From an uncultured Christensenella sp. (GTDB lineage: Bacteria > Bacillota > Clostridia > Christensenellales > UBA3700): a stretch of 64,000 bases of DNA. Every line of letters begins with the position of its first letter. Position 1 is the stretch's first letter. Positions 1-9,460 of this stretch are shown here, piece by piece. A model generated the notes under the pieces. It saw nothing but the letters and a program-made list of their open reading frames with translations. It was not told where the DNA came from and ran no database searches. A program made the translations under genes and the position numbers. Location: NCBI GenBank assembly GCA_910584635.1, contig CAJUBA010000001.1:108176-172175 (forward strand), written 5' to 3'.

Positions 1-162
1 TAACTATATTATAGAAAAGTTTTGGCATTGTCAAATGTTTTTGATTATTTTTATTCAGTTTTTTATCCGAATCAGTTTAAGCCTTTATATATTATATATA
101 TTTAATCAATATTATCGAAAAATGTAGCGTCAAAATAATTTTAGGTTTTTTGTAAAAAACTC

Positions 163-191
163 TTGACAAACTATACTATGCAATGTATAGT
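163..191 (+). promoter_or_regulatory. sigma-A-type promoter of the padR operon with an overlapping operator-like inverted repeat
   Basis: TTGACA at 163-168, a 17-nt spacer, then TATAGT at 186-191. The inverted repeat ACTATAC (170-176) N8 GTATAGT (185-191) lies across the spacer and the -10 box. Confidence 0.55.
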
Positions 192-214
192 ATTATGTAA
201 TAAAGGGTATTGAG

Positions 215-523
215 GTGAACATGGATTCGCAATTGAAAAAAGGACTGTTGGAAGGATGCGTATTGGCTGCTATCCGCGACGAAGAATCGTACGGATATAA
301 GATAATAGGGCAACTTTCTCCGTACATCGAGATCTCGGAATCTACGTTGTATCCGATTTTGAAAAGATTGGAGAGTTCCAAATGCGTTGTTACCAAAAAT
401 AAACTTTACAGCGGAAGACTGCGTAAGTATTACCGCATAACGGACAGAGGTAAATCAAAACTCAGGGAGTTTTGCCAAGATATGGATCAGATTATGGAAA
501 TTTACCGTTTTTTAAGGAAGTAG
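215..523 (+). CDS. PadR-family transcriptional regulator
   Basis: 102-aa ORF with a winged-helix pattern (LKKGLLEGCVLAAI...YGYKI...STLYPILKRLE...YYRITDRG) typical of PadR. GTG at 215 or ATG at 221 could be the start, both behind a purine-rich SD. Confidence 0.85.
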   Translation: MNMDSQLKKGLLEGCVLAAIRDEESYGYKIIGQLSPYIEISESTLYPILKRLESSKCVVTKNKLYSGRLRKYYRITDRGKSKLREFCQDMDQIMEIYRFLRK

Positions 524-535
524 GAGGAGTTTGAA

Positions 536-1102
536 ATGAACAAACGAAGTTGGTTTAGGCAGTTAGAGCGTGAATTGACTGCGCAAGGCGTTCAGAAAGA
601 CGAACGCAAAGAAGTTCTCAATTATTATAACGAAATGTATCGGGATAAGTTAGAGGACGGATGGACTGAAAGAGAAGTTTTGCGCGAATTCGGTTTTCCG
701 GAAGACGTTGCAGACAGCGTACACGGAGACGGTAGAAGAGAAAGACGCCGTATCGAGTACAGAGAAAGTTATCGCGACGACTACGATTCTTATAGCGAAA
801 GACCTAGAAGGCGTAAGAAGAGAAGAGGAGTTGTTGGGACGGTATTAAAAGTATTTTTTTCTGTAATATTATGCGTCGTATTGATTGCGTGTATGATTGC
901 ATTCTTTTTGACGCACATTGCGGTTACAATTGCCGGAATTGCGATTATAATAGCCGCGTTTACTTTGTTAGGCGAAAGTATGGGAGCCTTTATAATGGTA
1001 ATCGGTTCGGGTTTAGCGGTTATGGCAATCGGCGGTATGATACAATGTTTGGGACAATTAAGCGGCAAATGTTTCAAACGCATAGTAAAAGGACGCGCTT
1101 AA
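536..1102 (+). CDS. DUF1700-type membrane protein (PadR-associated)
   Basis: The N-terminus (FRQLERELT...ERKEVLNYYNEMY...EREVLREFGFPEDVA) resembles DUF1700. An Arg/Lys-rich linker and a hydrophobic C-terminal half follow. The gene starts 13 nt after padR. Confidence 0.65.
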   Translation: MNKRSWFRQLERELTAQGVQKDERKEVLNYYNEMYRDKLEDGWTEREVLREFGFPEDVADSVHGDGRRERRRIEYRESYRDDYDSYSERPRRRKKRRGVVGTVLKVFFSVILCVVLIACMIAFFLTHIAVTIAGIAIIIAAFTLLGESMGAFIMVIGSGLAVMAIGGMIQCLGQLSGKCFKRIVKGRA

Positions 1103-1112
1103 GGAGGAAGTT

Positions 1113-2063
1113 ATGAAAAAATATTTTTTCTCAATGGTAGCATTGTTGGTTTTGAGCGCTATTGTTTTCGGAGTAGGTTACGTCATGTATGACAGAGGCG
1201 ATAACAAAGTGTTTGAGCAGGTTTTGGAATATACGGACAAGGAATACACCGCCGAAAGCGATGTAGAAAAGGTAGACGTATCTTTAATAGGCGATTACAA
1301 CGTAATACTTCAAAGAGGCGAAAATTCATCTTTGAATTACTCTCAAAGCGAAATTTCCGATATTACGGTTACGGAAGAGGAAGGCGTTCTGACGCTTAGA
1401 GAAAAGGTAGGTTGGAAAAAAGTCGTCAAAAATTGGTATCGCAAACGTAAAAAGACGGATTTGATAATTACCTTGCCCGAGGATAAGATTCCGTCAATTA
1501 GATGTTGCTTTTCGGGAGAAGGTAAGTTTGATTTGCCAGACGGGGAGTACGGAGATTTAGAGTTTGTAATAACGGGAAAAGCGGACGTTTCTTCGACTGC
1601 GATAAAAGCCAAAGACGTATCAATCAACGTTTCGGGTTTCGGCAGAGTAAATTTGGCGGGAGAATTTCAAAACGTCCAAATCCAATGCTCGGGTATGACG
1701 GAAACGAACGTCAACGGAAGCGCAAATATCGTTGATATAAAGGCTTCGGGTAATTTGAATCTCTATTCAGAAAACCTTATTTGTCCTCAAATCGACGTAA
1801 AAACAAGCGGGGTATCAAGATTTAATTTAGCGGGAGAAGGCAGTAAACTTTCCGCAAAAGTAACAGGTTATTGCAAAGTAGAAGCAAAAGACTTTCTTCT
1901 TAATACTTTGAATATTGACGCTAGCGGCAACGCAAATATGATAGTCAACGTCCAAGAGGAGATTATCGCTTATGCAAGCGGCAATATAAAAGTAGAGTAT
2001 TACGGAGAACCTGCTATTAAACACTCCGGTTCGGGTAATATAAAATTCTCAAATATGAATTGA
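1113..2063 (+). CDS. DUF4097-type (putative adhesin-like beta-helix) protein with an N-terminal TM anchor
   Basis: N-terminal hydrophobic helix followed by degenerate repeats of the form V..SG.g...l.g (INVSGFGRVNLAG, IKASGNLNLYS, VKTSGVSRFNLAG, IDASGNANMIV). It is the third gene of the common PadR/DUF1700/DUF4097 trio. Confidence 0.6.
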   Translation: MKKYFFSMVALLVLSAIVFGVGYVMYDRGDNKVFEQVLEYTDKEYTAESDVEKVDVSLIGDYNVILQRGENSSLNYSQSEISDITVTEEEGVLTLREKVGWKKVVKNWYRKRKKTDLIITLPEDKIPSIRCCFSGEGKFDLPDGEYGDLEFVITGKADVSSTAIKAKDVSINVSGFGRVNLAGEFQNVQIQCSGMTETNVNGSANIVDIKASGNLNLYSENLICPQIDVKTSGVSRFNLAGEGSKLSAKVTGYCKVEAKDFLLNTLNIDASGNANMIVNVQEEIIAYASGNIKVEYYGEPAIKHSGSGNIKFSNMN

Positions 2064-2093
2064 GAATTTTATAGATAAAAATAAACATATAAA

Positions 2094-2125
2094 AATTCCG
2101 CCCTTCGATAGGGCGGAATTTGTTT
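2094..2125. terminator. bidirectional intrinsic terminator between convergent genes
   Basis: Hairpin AATTCCGCCC (2094-2103) / GGGCGGAATT (2111-2120), with an A-run upstream and TGTTT downstream. Confidence 0.75.
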
Positions 2126-2142
2126 ACTTTGATTTGATATTA

Positions 2143-3366
2143 TTAGAACGCCCAGTTTCCGTTCTTGAAAATTTGCGCGCGTTTTCCGTCTTTGCATACG
2201 CCGACTATGTCCATATCGTCGGCTCCTATCATAAAGTCTACGTGAATCATACTGGTGTTGACGCCCATTTCGTCAAACTCTTTTTGAGAATAGTTTTGAT
2301 AATTTTTTATGCAGTTGGAAAATCCCCGTCCCAAAGCGAGATGACAACTTGCGTTTTCGTCAAATAGAGTATTATAGAAGAGTATTCCGCTGTTGCTGAT
2401 AGGCGAGTTTTGCGGTACAAGGGCGCATTCTCCCAACATTTTCGCGCCTTCGTCCATAGATATCATTTGTTTTAGCAAATCTTGATTTTTTTCGGCGTGG
2501 ACTTCGCATACCCGTCCGTCTTTGAAAATCAAATGGAAATTTTCGATAAGCGCGCCTTGATAGGAAAGCGGCTTTGTAGCATATACGACGCCTTCGACGC
2601 TTCCCGCTTTGGGAGTAGTGAATACTTCCTCGCTGGGGATATTCGGATTGAATTCTACGCCTTGAAGAGTCTTTTCGCTTCCCGCAAGGAAGTTGGCGTT
2701 TTCCAATAACTCTACTTTCAGATTCGTGCCGTTGGATGAAGAATATTCAAGATACTTTAATCCCAAAGAATTCAGGTAATCGCATTTGGAATGCAGGTCG
2801 GCATTGTGCCTGTTCCAGTTTTCTATAGCGTCGCTTTGCGCTCTTGAAGCAAAGAGTATCGCTTGCCAAAGTTTTTCAACGGCTAAGGACGCGCGTTCGC
2901 CCGGAAATACTTTTTTTGCCCACGCAACGCCGGGAACGGATGCTATGCACCATTGATATTTGTTGTCCATATCGTCTATATAAGGTTTGCGAATAGGGTA
3001 TTTAGCCATTTTCGCTTTGGATATTTTATCCTGTCTGGCATACTTTAATCCGTCCGGATCTTCGGAATCCAAATATATTCGGGCAGGCAATGTTTTTGTC
3101 TGATATTTCATTTTTTCTATCTGCCAATCTTTGGTTTCGTTCATAGCGTCTTGGCTCATGTATTTCGAATCAAGTACGGTTAACGGGTCATGTTGCCAAT
3201 CCACCGCGACCTCTTTTGCGCCGAGCGAGTAACACTCTTTTACAAGCATTTCCACAAATGCGGGCTGGTCTAGAGAAGCGGTTATCCACACTTCCTGACC
3301 TTTTTGTACGTTCACGCCTTTCTGCGCGATTAAGCGGGCGTATTCTTTCAGCGTATTCTTTTTCAT
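2143..3366 (-). CDS. M29-family aminopeptidase (AmpS/PepS-like)
   Basis: The ORF track runs to 3414, but the internal ATG at 3366 (MKKNTLKEYARLIAQKGVNVQKGQEV...) matches the usual N-terminus of thermophilic-metalloprotease M29 aminopeptidases. About 407 aa. Confidence 0.75.
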   Translation of the reverse strand: MKKNTLKEYARLIAQKGVNVQKGQEVWITASLDQPAFVEMLVKECYSLGAKEVAVDWQHDPLTVLDSKYMSQDAMNETKDWQIEKMKYQTKTLPARIYLDSEDPDGLKYARQDKISKAKMAKYPIRKPYIDDMDNKYQWCIASVPGVAWAKKVFPGERASLAVEKLWQAILFASRAQSDAIENWNRHNADLHSKCDYLNSLGLKYLEYSSSNGTNLKVELLENANFLAGSEKTLQGVEFNPNIPSEEVFTTPKAGSVEGVVYATKPLSYQGALIENFHLIFKDGRVCEVHAEKNQDLLKQMISMDEGAKMLGECALVPQNSPISNSGILFYNTLFDENASCHLALGRGFSNCIKNYQNYSQKEFDEMGVNTSMIHVDFMIGADDMDIVGVCKDGKRAQIFKNGNWAF

Positions 3367-3509
3367 TTCAACCTCGCGTATTTTTATATACAATATATTA
3401 TACTCTGTTGCCAAATTACTGTCAATTCAAACGTATTTATCTACATATTTTGGAAGCGAGAGCAAGCATAAATTAAATTTGTTGGCATACAATACCTAAT
3501 GAGGAAATT

Positions 3510-4223
3510 ATGTGGCAGAGTACTATTTTAATAAGTAAGCAATTCAATAAAGACGACGTATTGAAAAAAGGTTTGGAAAGAATAGAAGGGTTGTATTTTG
3601 CGGAAGGCGAAGAAGAAGGGTATCTATCCTATGACATTGCGGCGAAGGAATTTGACAAAGACGGATGTATTGACGCGGTCAGAGAACTGATAGCGGATAT
3701 TATACTCAACAACGTAAAGTTGCAGTTTATTTTGACGTCGCTCGGAAAAAGAGCGATTGACACTTCGCTTTGCACGCTTATATCTTCTATGTTGTATTAC
3801 GACAATAAAAAAGAAGAGGAGTACGTTAAGAAGCAAATCGCCGCTTTGAAAAACTACTGCGTAGATGGCATAGTGAATTTCAGATTGAGAGATTTAGTCA
3901 ATGAGTGGAAGGAATTGGGAACTATAATACTCAATACCATAGGAAAAGGTTTTGGAGAGAAAGAGATATATTCTCTCGCGCTGTATATGTTGGGAGAGAG
4001 AAAAGACACAAGTCTTTTTATAGCGGACAGCAGGGAAATCCTTATTACCAACGTATCTCAAGGCGGACTTGTCAAAGTGCCTGAGATATACGGGGAGAAG
4101 ATACACAACATCATAAACGCTATAGTCAAGTACGGAGCAAGCGAAGTAGTGATTGAAAGAGGCAACGCCGACAAAGAACTGTTAAACGCGCTGCGCAACA
4201 TCGTAGACGTCAAAATTTTATGA
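3510..4223 (+). CDS. YtxC-like protein (putative sporulation protein)
   Basis: 237-aa ORF with SD GAGGA, directly upstream of the thrS T-box as ytxC is in Bacillus. The call rests mainly on position, and the protein is shorter than B. subtilis YtxC as I recall it. Confidence 0.4.
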   Translation: MWQSTILISKQFNKDDVLKKGLERIEGLYFAEGEEEGYLSYDIAAKEFDKDGCIDAVRELIADIILNNVKLQFILTSLGKRAIDTSLCTLISSMLYYDNKKEEEYVKKQIAALKNYCVDGIVNFRLRDLVNEWKELGTIILNTIGKGFGEKEIYSLALYMLGERKDTSLFIADSREILITNVSQGGLVKVPEIYGEKIHNIINAIVKYGASEVVIERGNADKELLNALRNIVDVKIL

Positions 4224-4332
4224 CAACTATTTATTGTATAGCCTAACAATATTCTTAATGCAAAAACGCAAGATATTGCGTTTTTGCGTTTTATAACCCA
4301 AAAACTGTTAATAAATTTATTTCTTTTTTGTG

Positions 4333-4361
4333 TTGACAAGAAAAAAAGTCGGTATTATAAT
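4333..4361 (+). promoter_or_regulatory. consensus sigma-A promoter for the thrS leader
   Basis: TTGACA at 4333-4338, a 17-nt spacer, then TATAAT at 4356-4361. Confidence 0.8.
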
Positions 4362-4374
4362 ATGAATACAATTT

Positions 4375-4605
4375 AATTGCAGCGCAAGAAATTGAGCGCC
4401 TAAGGACATGTGATCGAGAGTCAATCGCCACAGAGAGTACCGGATGCTGAGAGAGGTACGCGAGGATGTCGGTCGTACCACCGTAGGAAAAGCACGTTCG
4501 CCGAACGAATCGGCAAAACAAAGCGACGGCAGATATGCTGTAATTAAGGTGGAACCGCGAGTAATCGTCCTTAAAGTCAATGACTTCAAGGACGTATTTT
4601 TTTTG
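4375..4605 (+). promoter_or_regulatory. T-box riboswitch leader, threonine specifier (ACC)
   Basis: Stem I AGAGAG element. ACC followed by A at 4477-4480 sits in the position of a specifier loop. T-box sequence AATTAAGGTGGAACCGCG at 4542-4559. Terminator hairpin at 4566-4594 followed by a T-run. thrS lies immediately downstream. Confidence 0.85.
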
Positions 4606-4646
4606 GAGTTAAAAAGTTAAATATATAAAATAATGAGGTGAATTGT

Positions 4647-6584
4647 ATGAAAGTTACGCTGAAAGACGGAAGCGTCAGAGAGTTTAGCGAGGGAATGAGC
4701 GTTTACGAAATAGCCAAAGAAATTTCCGAAGGTTTGGCAAGAGCGACGCTCGGAGCAAAACTTAACGGAAAAGTAGTCGAAACAAGAACTATTGTCAACG
4801 AAGACTGTAAATTGGAGTTGCTCACTTTTGCTGACGACGAAGGAAAACTTATTTACAGACATACGGCTTCGCATATTCTTGCGCAAGCGATTAAAAATAT
4901 CTTTCCGACGGTAAAACTTGCCATAGGACCGGCTATCGCCAACGGTTTTTATTATGATTTTGATTTCAAAACGCCTATTTCTACCGACGAGTTTAATAAG
5001 ATAGAGCAGGAGATGAAAAACATCATAAAAGCCAACTATCCTATCACCAGATTCGTTTTGCCAAAAGACGAGGCTGTCAAACTCATGGCGGGATACGGAG
5101 AAGATTATAAGGTAGAACTTATAAACGACCTTCCCGAAGGCGAGGAAATATCCTTCTATAAACAAGGAGATTTTGTAGATTTGTGCGCGGGACCGCATTT
5201 GCCGTTTACCGGTATGGTTAAAGCGTTTAAGTTGACGAGTCTTACGGGAGCGTATTGGAGAGGCAATGAGAAGAACAAAATGCTTTCCAGAATATACGGC
5301 ACAGCTTTTGATAAGAAATCCGAATTGCAAGAGTATCTTCTCGCGGTAGAAGAAGCCAAAAAGAGAGATCACAACAAACTCGGCAGAGAAATGGGTATAT
5401 TTATGACCGACGAAAATATCGGTCAGGGATTGCCGTTACTCATGCCTAAGGGAGCGAAACTGTTCCAAATTCTTCAAAGATTCGTAGAAGACGAGGAAGA
5501 AAGAAGAGGATACGTGCTTACCAAGACCCCATATATGGCGAAATCCAATCTGTATAAAATATCCGGACACTGGGACCATTATCTTGACGGGATGTTCGTC
5601 ATAGGCGACGAAAAAAAGGACGATGAAGTATTCGCTTTGCGTCCGATGACCTGTCCTTTCCAATATACAATCTACAACAACGGTTTGAAGTCTTACAGAG
5701 ATTTGCCTATTAGATACGGCGAAACTTCTACGCTGTTCAGAAATGAAGCGTCGGGCGAGATGCACGGTCTTATAAGAGTAAGACAGTTTACTTTGTCCGA
5801 AGGACATATCGTTTGCACGCCCGAACAACTTGAAAACGAGTTTAGAGGCGTCGTAGATCTTATCAAGTACATGCTGAAATGCACGGGACTTGAAAACGAC
5901 GTAACGTATAGATTCAGCAAGTGGGACCCCGCCGATACCGAAAAGTATATTAACGAACCCGAAATATGGGAAATGGCTGAAGATACTATGAGAAAAATCC
6001 TCGACAATATAGGATTGGATTACGTCGAGGCAAAGGGCGAGGCGGCTTTCTACGGTCCAAAACTCGATATTCAAATCAAAAACGTTTATGGAAAAGAGGA
6101 TACGATAATTACCGTACAGGTAGATATGTTCCTTGCGGAGAATTTCGATATGTCTTATATCGACGAAAACGGCGAAAAGAAAAGACCTTATATTATCCAC
6201 AGATCGTCAATCGGCTGTTATGAAAGAACTATGGCGTTGATGATAGAAAAATTTGCGGGCGCGTTCCCGGTATGGGCAAGTCCCGTACAGGTAAAAGTTA
6301 TCAGTCTTACAGATCGTACTGTAGACGAGTGTAATAAGATAAACGAAAAACTCAGAGCGATGGGAATCAGGGCGGAAGTCGATTCTCGTAGCGAAACGGT
6401 AGGATACAAGATAAGATCCGCGCAGTTGGAAAAAGTTCCTTATATGCTGATAATAGGCGACAAGGAAGTGGAAAACGGCGTAGTTGCGGTAAGACGCAGA
6501 GGCGGCGTAGTGATGGGAGAGATGTCTTTCGCGCAGTTTGCCGAAATAGTGCTTGAAGACGTCGCAAGCAAGCGGTTGGACTAA
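4647..6584 (+). CDS. thrS: threonine--tRNA ligase
   Basis: N-terminal TGS domain (MKVTLKDGSVREF), the editing-domain motif HTASHILAQA, and a class II core (FRNEASGEMHGLIRVRQFT...). The ATG at 4647 behind GAGGTG is preferred over the GTG at 4638. Confidence 0.97.
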   Translation: MKVTLKDGSVREFSEGMSVYEIAKEISEGLARATLGAKLNGKVVETRTIVNEDCKLELLTFADDEGKLIYRHTASHILAQAIKNIFPTVKLAIGPAIANGFYYDFDFKTPISTDEFNKIEQEMKNIIKANYPITRFVLPKDEAVKLMAGYGEDYKVELINDLPEGEEISFYKQGDFVDLCAGPHLPFTGMVKAFKLTSLTGAYWRGNEKNKMLSRIYGTAFDKKSELQEYLLAVEEAKKRDHNKLGREMGIFMTDENIGQGLPLLMPKGAKLFQILQRFVEDEEERRGYVLTKTPYMAKSNLYKISGHWDHYLDGMFVIGDEKKDDEVFALRPMTCPFQYTIYNNGLKSYRDLPIRYGETSTLFRNEASGEMHGLIRVRQFTLSEGHIVCTPEQLENEFRGVVDLIKYMLKCTGLENDVTYRFSKWDPADTEKYINEPEIWEMAEDTMRKILDNIGLDYVEAKGEAAFYGPKLDIQIKNVYGKEDTIITVQVDMFLAENFDMSYIDENGEKKRPYIIHRSSIGCYERTMALMIEKFAGAFPVWASPVQVKVISLTDRTVDECNKINEKLRAMGIRAEVDSRSETVGYKIRSAQLEKVPYMLIIGDKEVENGVVAVRRRGGVVMGEMSFAQFAEIVLEDVASKRLD

Positions 6585-6610
6585 TAAATAAAAAGATTTC
6601 AACGTTAAAA

Positions 6611-6641
6611 GCCGTCGTCCTTGATTGGACGGCGACTTTTT
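6611..6641 (+). terminator. intrinsic terminator after thrS
   Basis: Hairpin GCCGTCGTCC / GGACGGCGAC followed by TTTTT. Confidence 0.75.
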
Positions 6642-6813
6642 GTTATAGATTGACAATATTTTAACGAAATTTTCGTGTAATTAAATTTTACGTTATTCAA
6701 AAAAGTAAAAAGTTCATAAAAAATTTACTTTGAAGCCCAACTTTTTTATTTTCAGTCTTGAAAAAATCGGATTATTATGTTAAGATTAAACAAATTTTTA
6801 CGGACGGTATATC

Positions 6814-7965
6814 GTGAAGAAAATTGCTATCAGATTGATTGTATTTTTATTTATTATATCAACGCTTACTTTCGCATTTGCAGGTTGCGCGAAATACGAC
6901 GAATTTGAATGGTCGGGAGTTGAAAGAGGAAGCGTCGATTTGCGTTTGGAAGTGGGAGAAGACGGGAAATTCGATATTTTGCAAATGGCGGATATACAAT
7001 TTATCGGTGCGATAGGAGAGGACAGTATAGCGGTGATGGACGCGACGATAGCGAGCGCAAATCCCGATCTTATCGTTTTGACGGGCGACCAAATCAGTCC
7101 CGAATATCTCATCGGTCAAAAGTGGAAAGCAAAGAAGATTCTCAATCAGATTACTTCTTATTTTGACAGCAAGCAAATTCCGTGGACAGCCGAATTCGGC
7201 AATCACGACGGAGCGCTCGGAGTTATTTCCAAAAGAGAAATGCTTGAAATATATCAAAAGTCTGCTTATTTTATCGGAGGATTGGACGAAAGTCTGAATT
7301 GCGATGATTACTATATAAACGAGGAAGAGGATACTTATTGCAACTACTTTATTCCGGTGTATGACGGAGAAGAAGTAGTTCACGGAGTAATGCTTCTCGA
7401 TTGCGCGTCATGCCTTTTGGGACCTTACGACGGATATACGAAAGGTCAGATTGACTTTTACAATGAAATGAGCGAGAATTACGACGTAGAGTTCAGTATT
7501 TATACTCACGAGCCGACGGAAGAATTTCAGACAATGTACGACAACAGAGAAGATAAGGAAATCGTTCCTGTGTTTTTGGGAGAGATAGAAAGCCCCGAAG
7601 ACGGAAAGTCGTATTATCCGACAAAAAATCCAGAGACCAATGAGTATTTGAGAGAAAGCATGATTGCCAATAAAAACGTAAAAGGCGTCTATGCCGGACA
7701 TGACCATTTAAGTAATTTTGCGGGAATATATAATATGGGCGAGGATTGCAGCGTGATTCTTGCGTACGGCAGAATGTCTTCTTACGGTTACGGAGAATGG
7801 AAGTATTTTATGTTCAGCGGAAAGAAACGTAAACTTTATAAGAACTACGCCCGCGGAGGAAGAGTGGTATCTTTGACAAAAGAAGGGGGGTATTCTACTT
7901 TCGAACTTGCCGATAGCAAAGACGGCAAATATACCATGGATATATTAAATATATTGGAATTTTAA
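6814..7965 (+). CDS. calcineurin-like metallophosphoesterase, probable lipoprotein
   Basis: Signal peptide ending in the lipobox FAFAGC. Metallophosphatase motifs are present (QMADIQF, LTGDQ, GNHDG, AGHDHLSNF). Confidence 0.75.
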   Translation: MKKIAIRLIVFLFIISTLTFAFAGCAKYDEFEWSGVERGSVDLRLEVGEDGKFDILQMADIQFIGAIGEDSIAVMDATIASANPDLIVLTGDQISPEYLIGQKWKAKKILNQITSYFDSKQIPWTAEFGNHDGALGVISKREMLEIYQKSAYFIGGLDESLNCDDYYINEEEDTYCNYFIPVYDGEEVVHGVMLLDCASCLLGPYDGYTKGQIDFYNEMSENYDVEFSIYTHEPTEEFQTMYDNREDKEIVPVFLGEIESPEDGKSYYPTKNPETNEYLRESMIANKNVKGVYAGHDHLSNFAGIYNMGEDCSVILAYGRMSSYGYGEWKYFMFSGKKRKLYKNYARGGRVVSLTKEGGYSTFELADSKDGKYTMDILNILEF

Positions 7966-7994
7966 TAAATAAATGTAAAAACCTTTGAAAAACG

Positions 7995-8135
7995 TTTGAC
8001 AGCGCGATAAAATTTTGGTATCATACTCGTGAAAACAAAGCAGTATTGATACTCACCTTTCGGCAATCGCGCCGTATCGGTTAATAAATTAGGATTTATT
8101 ATGAGTAACATTATGCTGTGTTGCTCATATTTTTA
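7995..8135 (+). promoter_or_regulatory. promoter plus L20-type ribosomal-protein leader/attenuator of the infC operon
   Basis: TTGACA at 7995-8000, a 17-nt spacer, then TGgTATCAT with the -10 at 8018-8023. A leader of about 100 nt ends in the hairpin ATGAGTAACA (8101-8110) / TGTTGCTCAT (8119-8128) followed by ATTTTTAT. Its position upstream of infC-rpmI-rplT matches the Firmicute L20 leader. Confidence 0.6.
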
Positions 8136-8161
8136 TGCCAAACGGCAGGGAGGATACGACC

Positions 8162-8674
8162 ATAAAAGATATGCTTATTAACGGACAGATAAGAGAAAGA
8201 TCCGTCAGGGTACTCGACCAGGACGGCGCTCAACTCGGTATTATGTCTAGCATCGAAGCAAACGAACTTGCTCAACAGAAGAACCTTGACTTAGTGTTGA
8301 TTTCTCCTGTGGCGAAGCCGCCCGTTTGTAAAATCATGAACTATGGCAAATTCAAATATGAGACCGTAAAAAAGGAAAAAGAAAACAAGAAAAATCAGCG
8401 CGTTGTGGAACTTAAAGAAGTTTGGCTTTCTGCGACAATCGACGTAGGGGATCTCAATACGAAAGCAAAACAGGCGCAGAAGTTTATTACGAACGGCGAC
8501 AGAGTAAGGGTATCTATCAGACTAAGAGGAAGACAGATGGCAAGACCGGAACTCGCTATGAAAGTAATGGACGACTTTTTCGATATACTCAAAGACATTG
8601 CGCAAATGGAGAAAAAGCCTTTGTTGGAAGGCAAGAGCATCGCTATGACTCTGGCTCCTATTGCTAAGAAATAA
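8162..8674 (+). CDS. infC: translation initiation factor IF-3, probable non-canonical ATA start
   Basis: The sequence IKDMLINGQIRERSVRVLDQDGAQLGI aligns with the IF-3 N-terminus. GGGAGGA at 8148-8154 lies about 7-8 nt before ATA at 8162. The ATG at 8135 sits in the terminator T-tract with no SD, and the ATG at 8171 is too far from the SD. Confidence 0.85.
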   Translation: MKDMLINGQIRERSVRVLDQDGAQLGIMSSIEANELAQQKNLDLVLISPVAKPPVCKIMNYGKFKYETVKKEKENKKNQRVVELKEVWLSATIDVGDLNTKAKQAQKFITNGDRVRVSIRLRGRQMARPELAMKVMDDFFDILKDIAQMEKKPLLEGKSIAMTLAPIAKK

Positions 8675-8696
8675 TAAATTTTTGGAGGACGGATAA

Positions 8697-8885
8697 ATGC
8701 CGAAACAAAAATCACACAGTGGCGCTAAGAAGCGTTTCCATTTGACCGCTACGGGCAAAGTAAAGAGAGCAAAAATGAACAGAAGACACATTCTGAGCAA
8801 GAAGGCGCCTAAGAGAAAGCGCGGACTCAGAAAGACCGCTTACGTTTCATCAACACAAGAAAAGACCATCAAGGAAATGATTTAG
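8697..8885 (+). CDS. rpmI: 50S ribosomal protein L35
   Basis: [14 protein letters not shown]...; 62 aa, basic, lying between infC and rplT. Confidence 0.95.
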   Translation: MPKQKSHSGAKKRFHLTATGKVKRAKMNRRHILSKKAPKRKRGLRKTAYVSSTQEKTIKEMI

Positions 8886-8904
8886 TCTACGGAGGTAAGA
8901 GAAA

Positions 8905-9249
8905 ATGAGAATTAAAAGAGGTGTTAACGCTGTTAAGAAGCGTAGAAAAATATTAAAGTCCGCAAAGGGTTACTTCGGCGCGAAGTCCAAGTTGTACAGA
9001 GTAGCGCGTCAAGCGGTTATGAAATCGCAAAATTACGCGTATGTAGGAAGAAAACTCAAGAAGAGAGATTTCAGATCTTTGTGGATTACCAGAATAAATG
9101 CCGCTGCAAGACTTAACGGTTTGAATTACAGCAAGTTCATGAGCGGTCTTAAAAAGAACGGTATCGATCTTAACCGTAAGGTTTTGGCAGACATCGCAGT
9201 AAATGATCCGAGCGCTTTTACCGCTTTGTGCGAAAAGGTTAAGGGATAA
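8905..9249 (+). CDS. rplT: 50S ribosomal protein L20
   Basis: [32 protein letters not shown]...; 114 aa. Confidence 0.97.
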   Translation: MRIKRGVNAVKKRRKILKSAKGYFGAKSKLYRVARQAVMKSQNYAYVGRKLKKRDFRSLWITRINAAARLNGLNYSKFMSGLKKNGIDLNRKVLADIAVNDPSAFTALCEKVKG

Positions 9250-9266
9250 TAAAATTGATTTGTAAG

Positions 9267-9294
9267 GGCAGCCGTGAGGCTGCCTGATTTTTTT
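9267..9294 (+). terminator. intrinsic terminator after rplT
   Basis: GGCAGCC GTGA GGCTGCC followed by TGATTTTTTT. Confidence 0.8.
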
Positions 9295-9460
9295 AATTTC
9301 TAATTAAATTTACATTGTTTCCCGATTTATTTATTATCGCAGTATCGTATTTATCTTAATTTTCTGTCGAATTTTAGCGGATAATAGATAAATTTACTTT
9401 TTTAACCCTAAATAATTGAAATTAAGGTTTTTATCGTGTAAGATTGAATAGAGGCATTGT

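Noticed and set aside
8135-8161. The ATG at 8135 as the infC start.
   Set aside because: It lies in the T-tract of the leader terminator with no SD. The SD sits downstream of it, and the extra residues (MPNGREDTT) have no counterpart in IF-3.
9365-9371. Canonical Spo0A-box heptamers (TGTCGAA) at 9365-9371 and 25880-25886. I considered them as targets for the orphan Spo0A_C protein.
   Set aside because: A 7-mer is expected several times by chance in 64 kb on two strands. There is no clustering and no special position relative to promoters.
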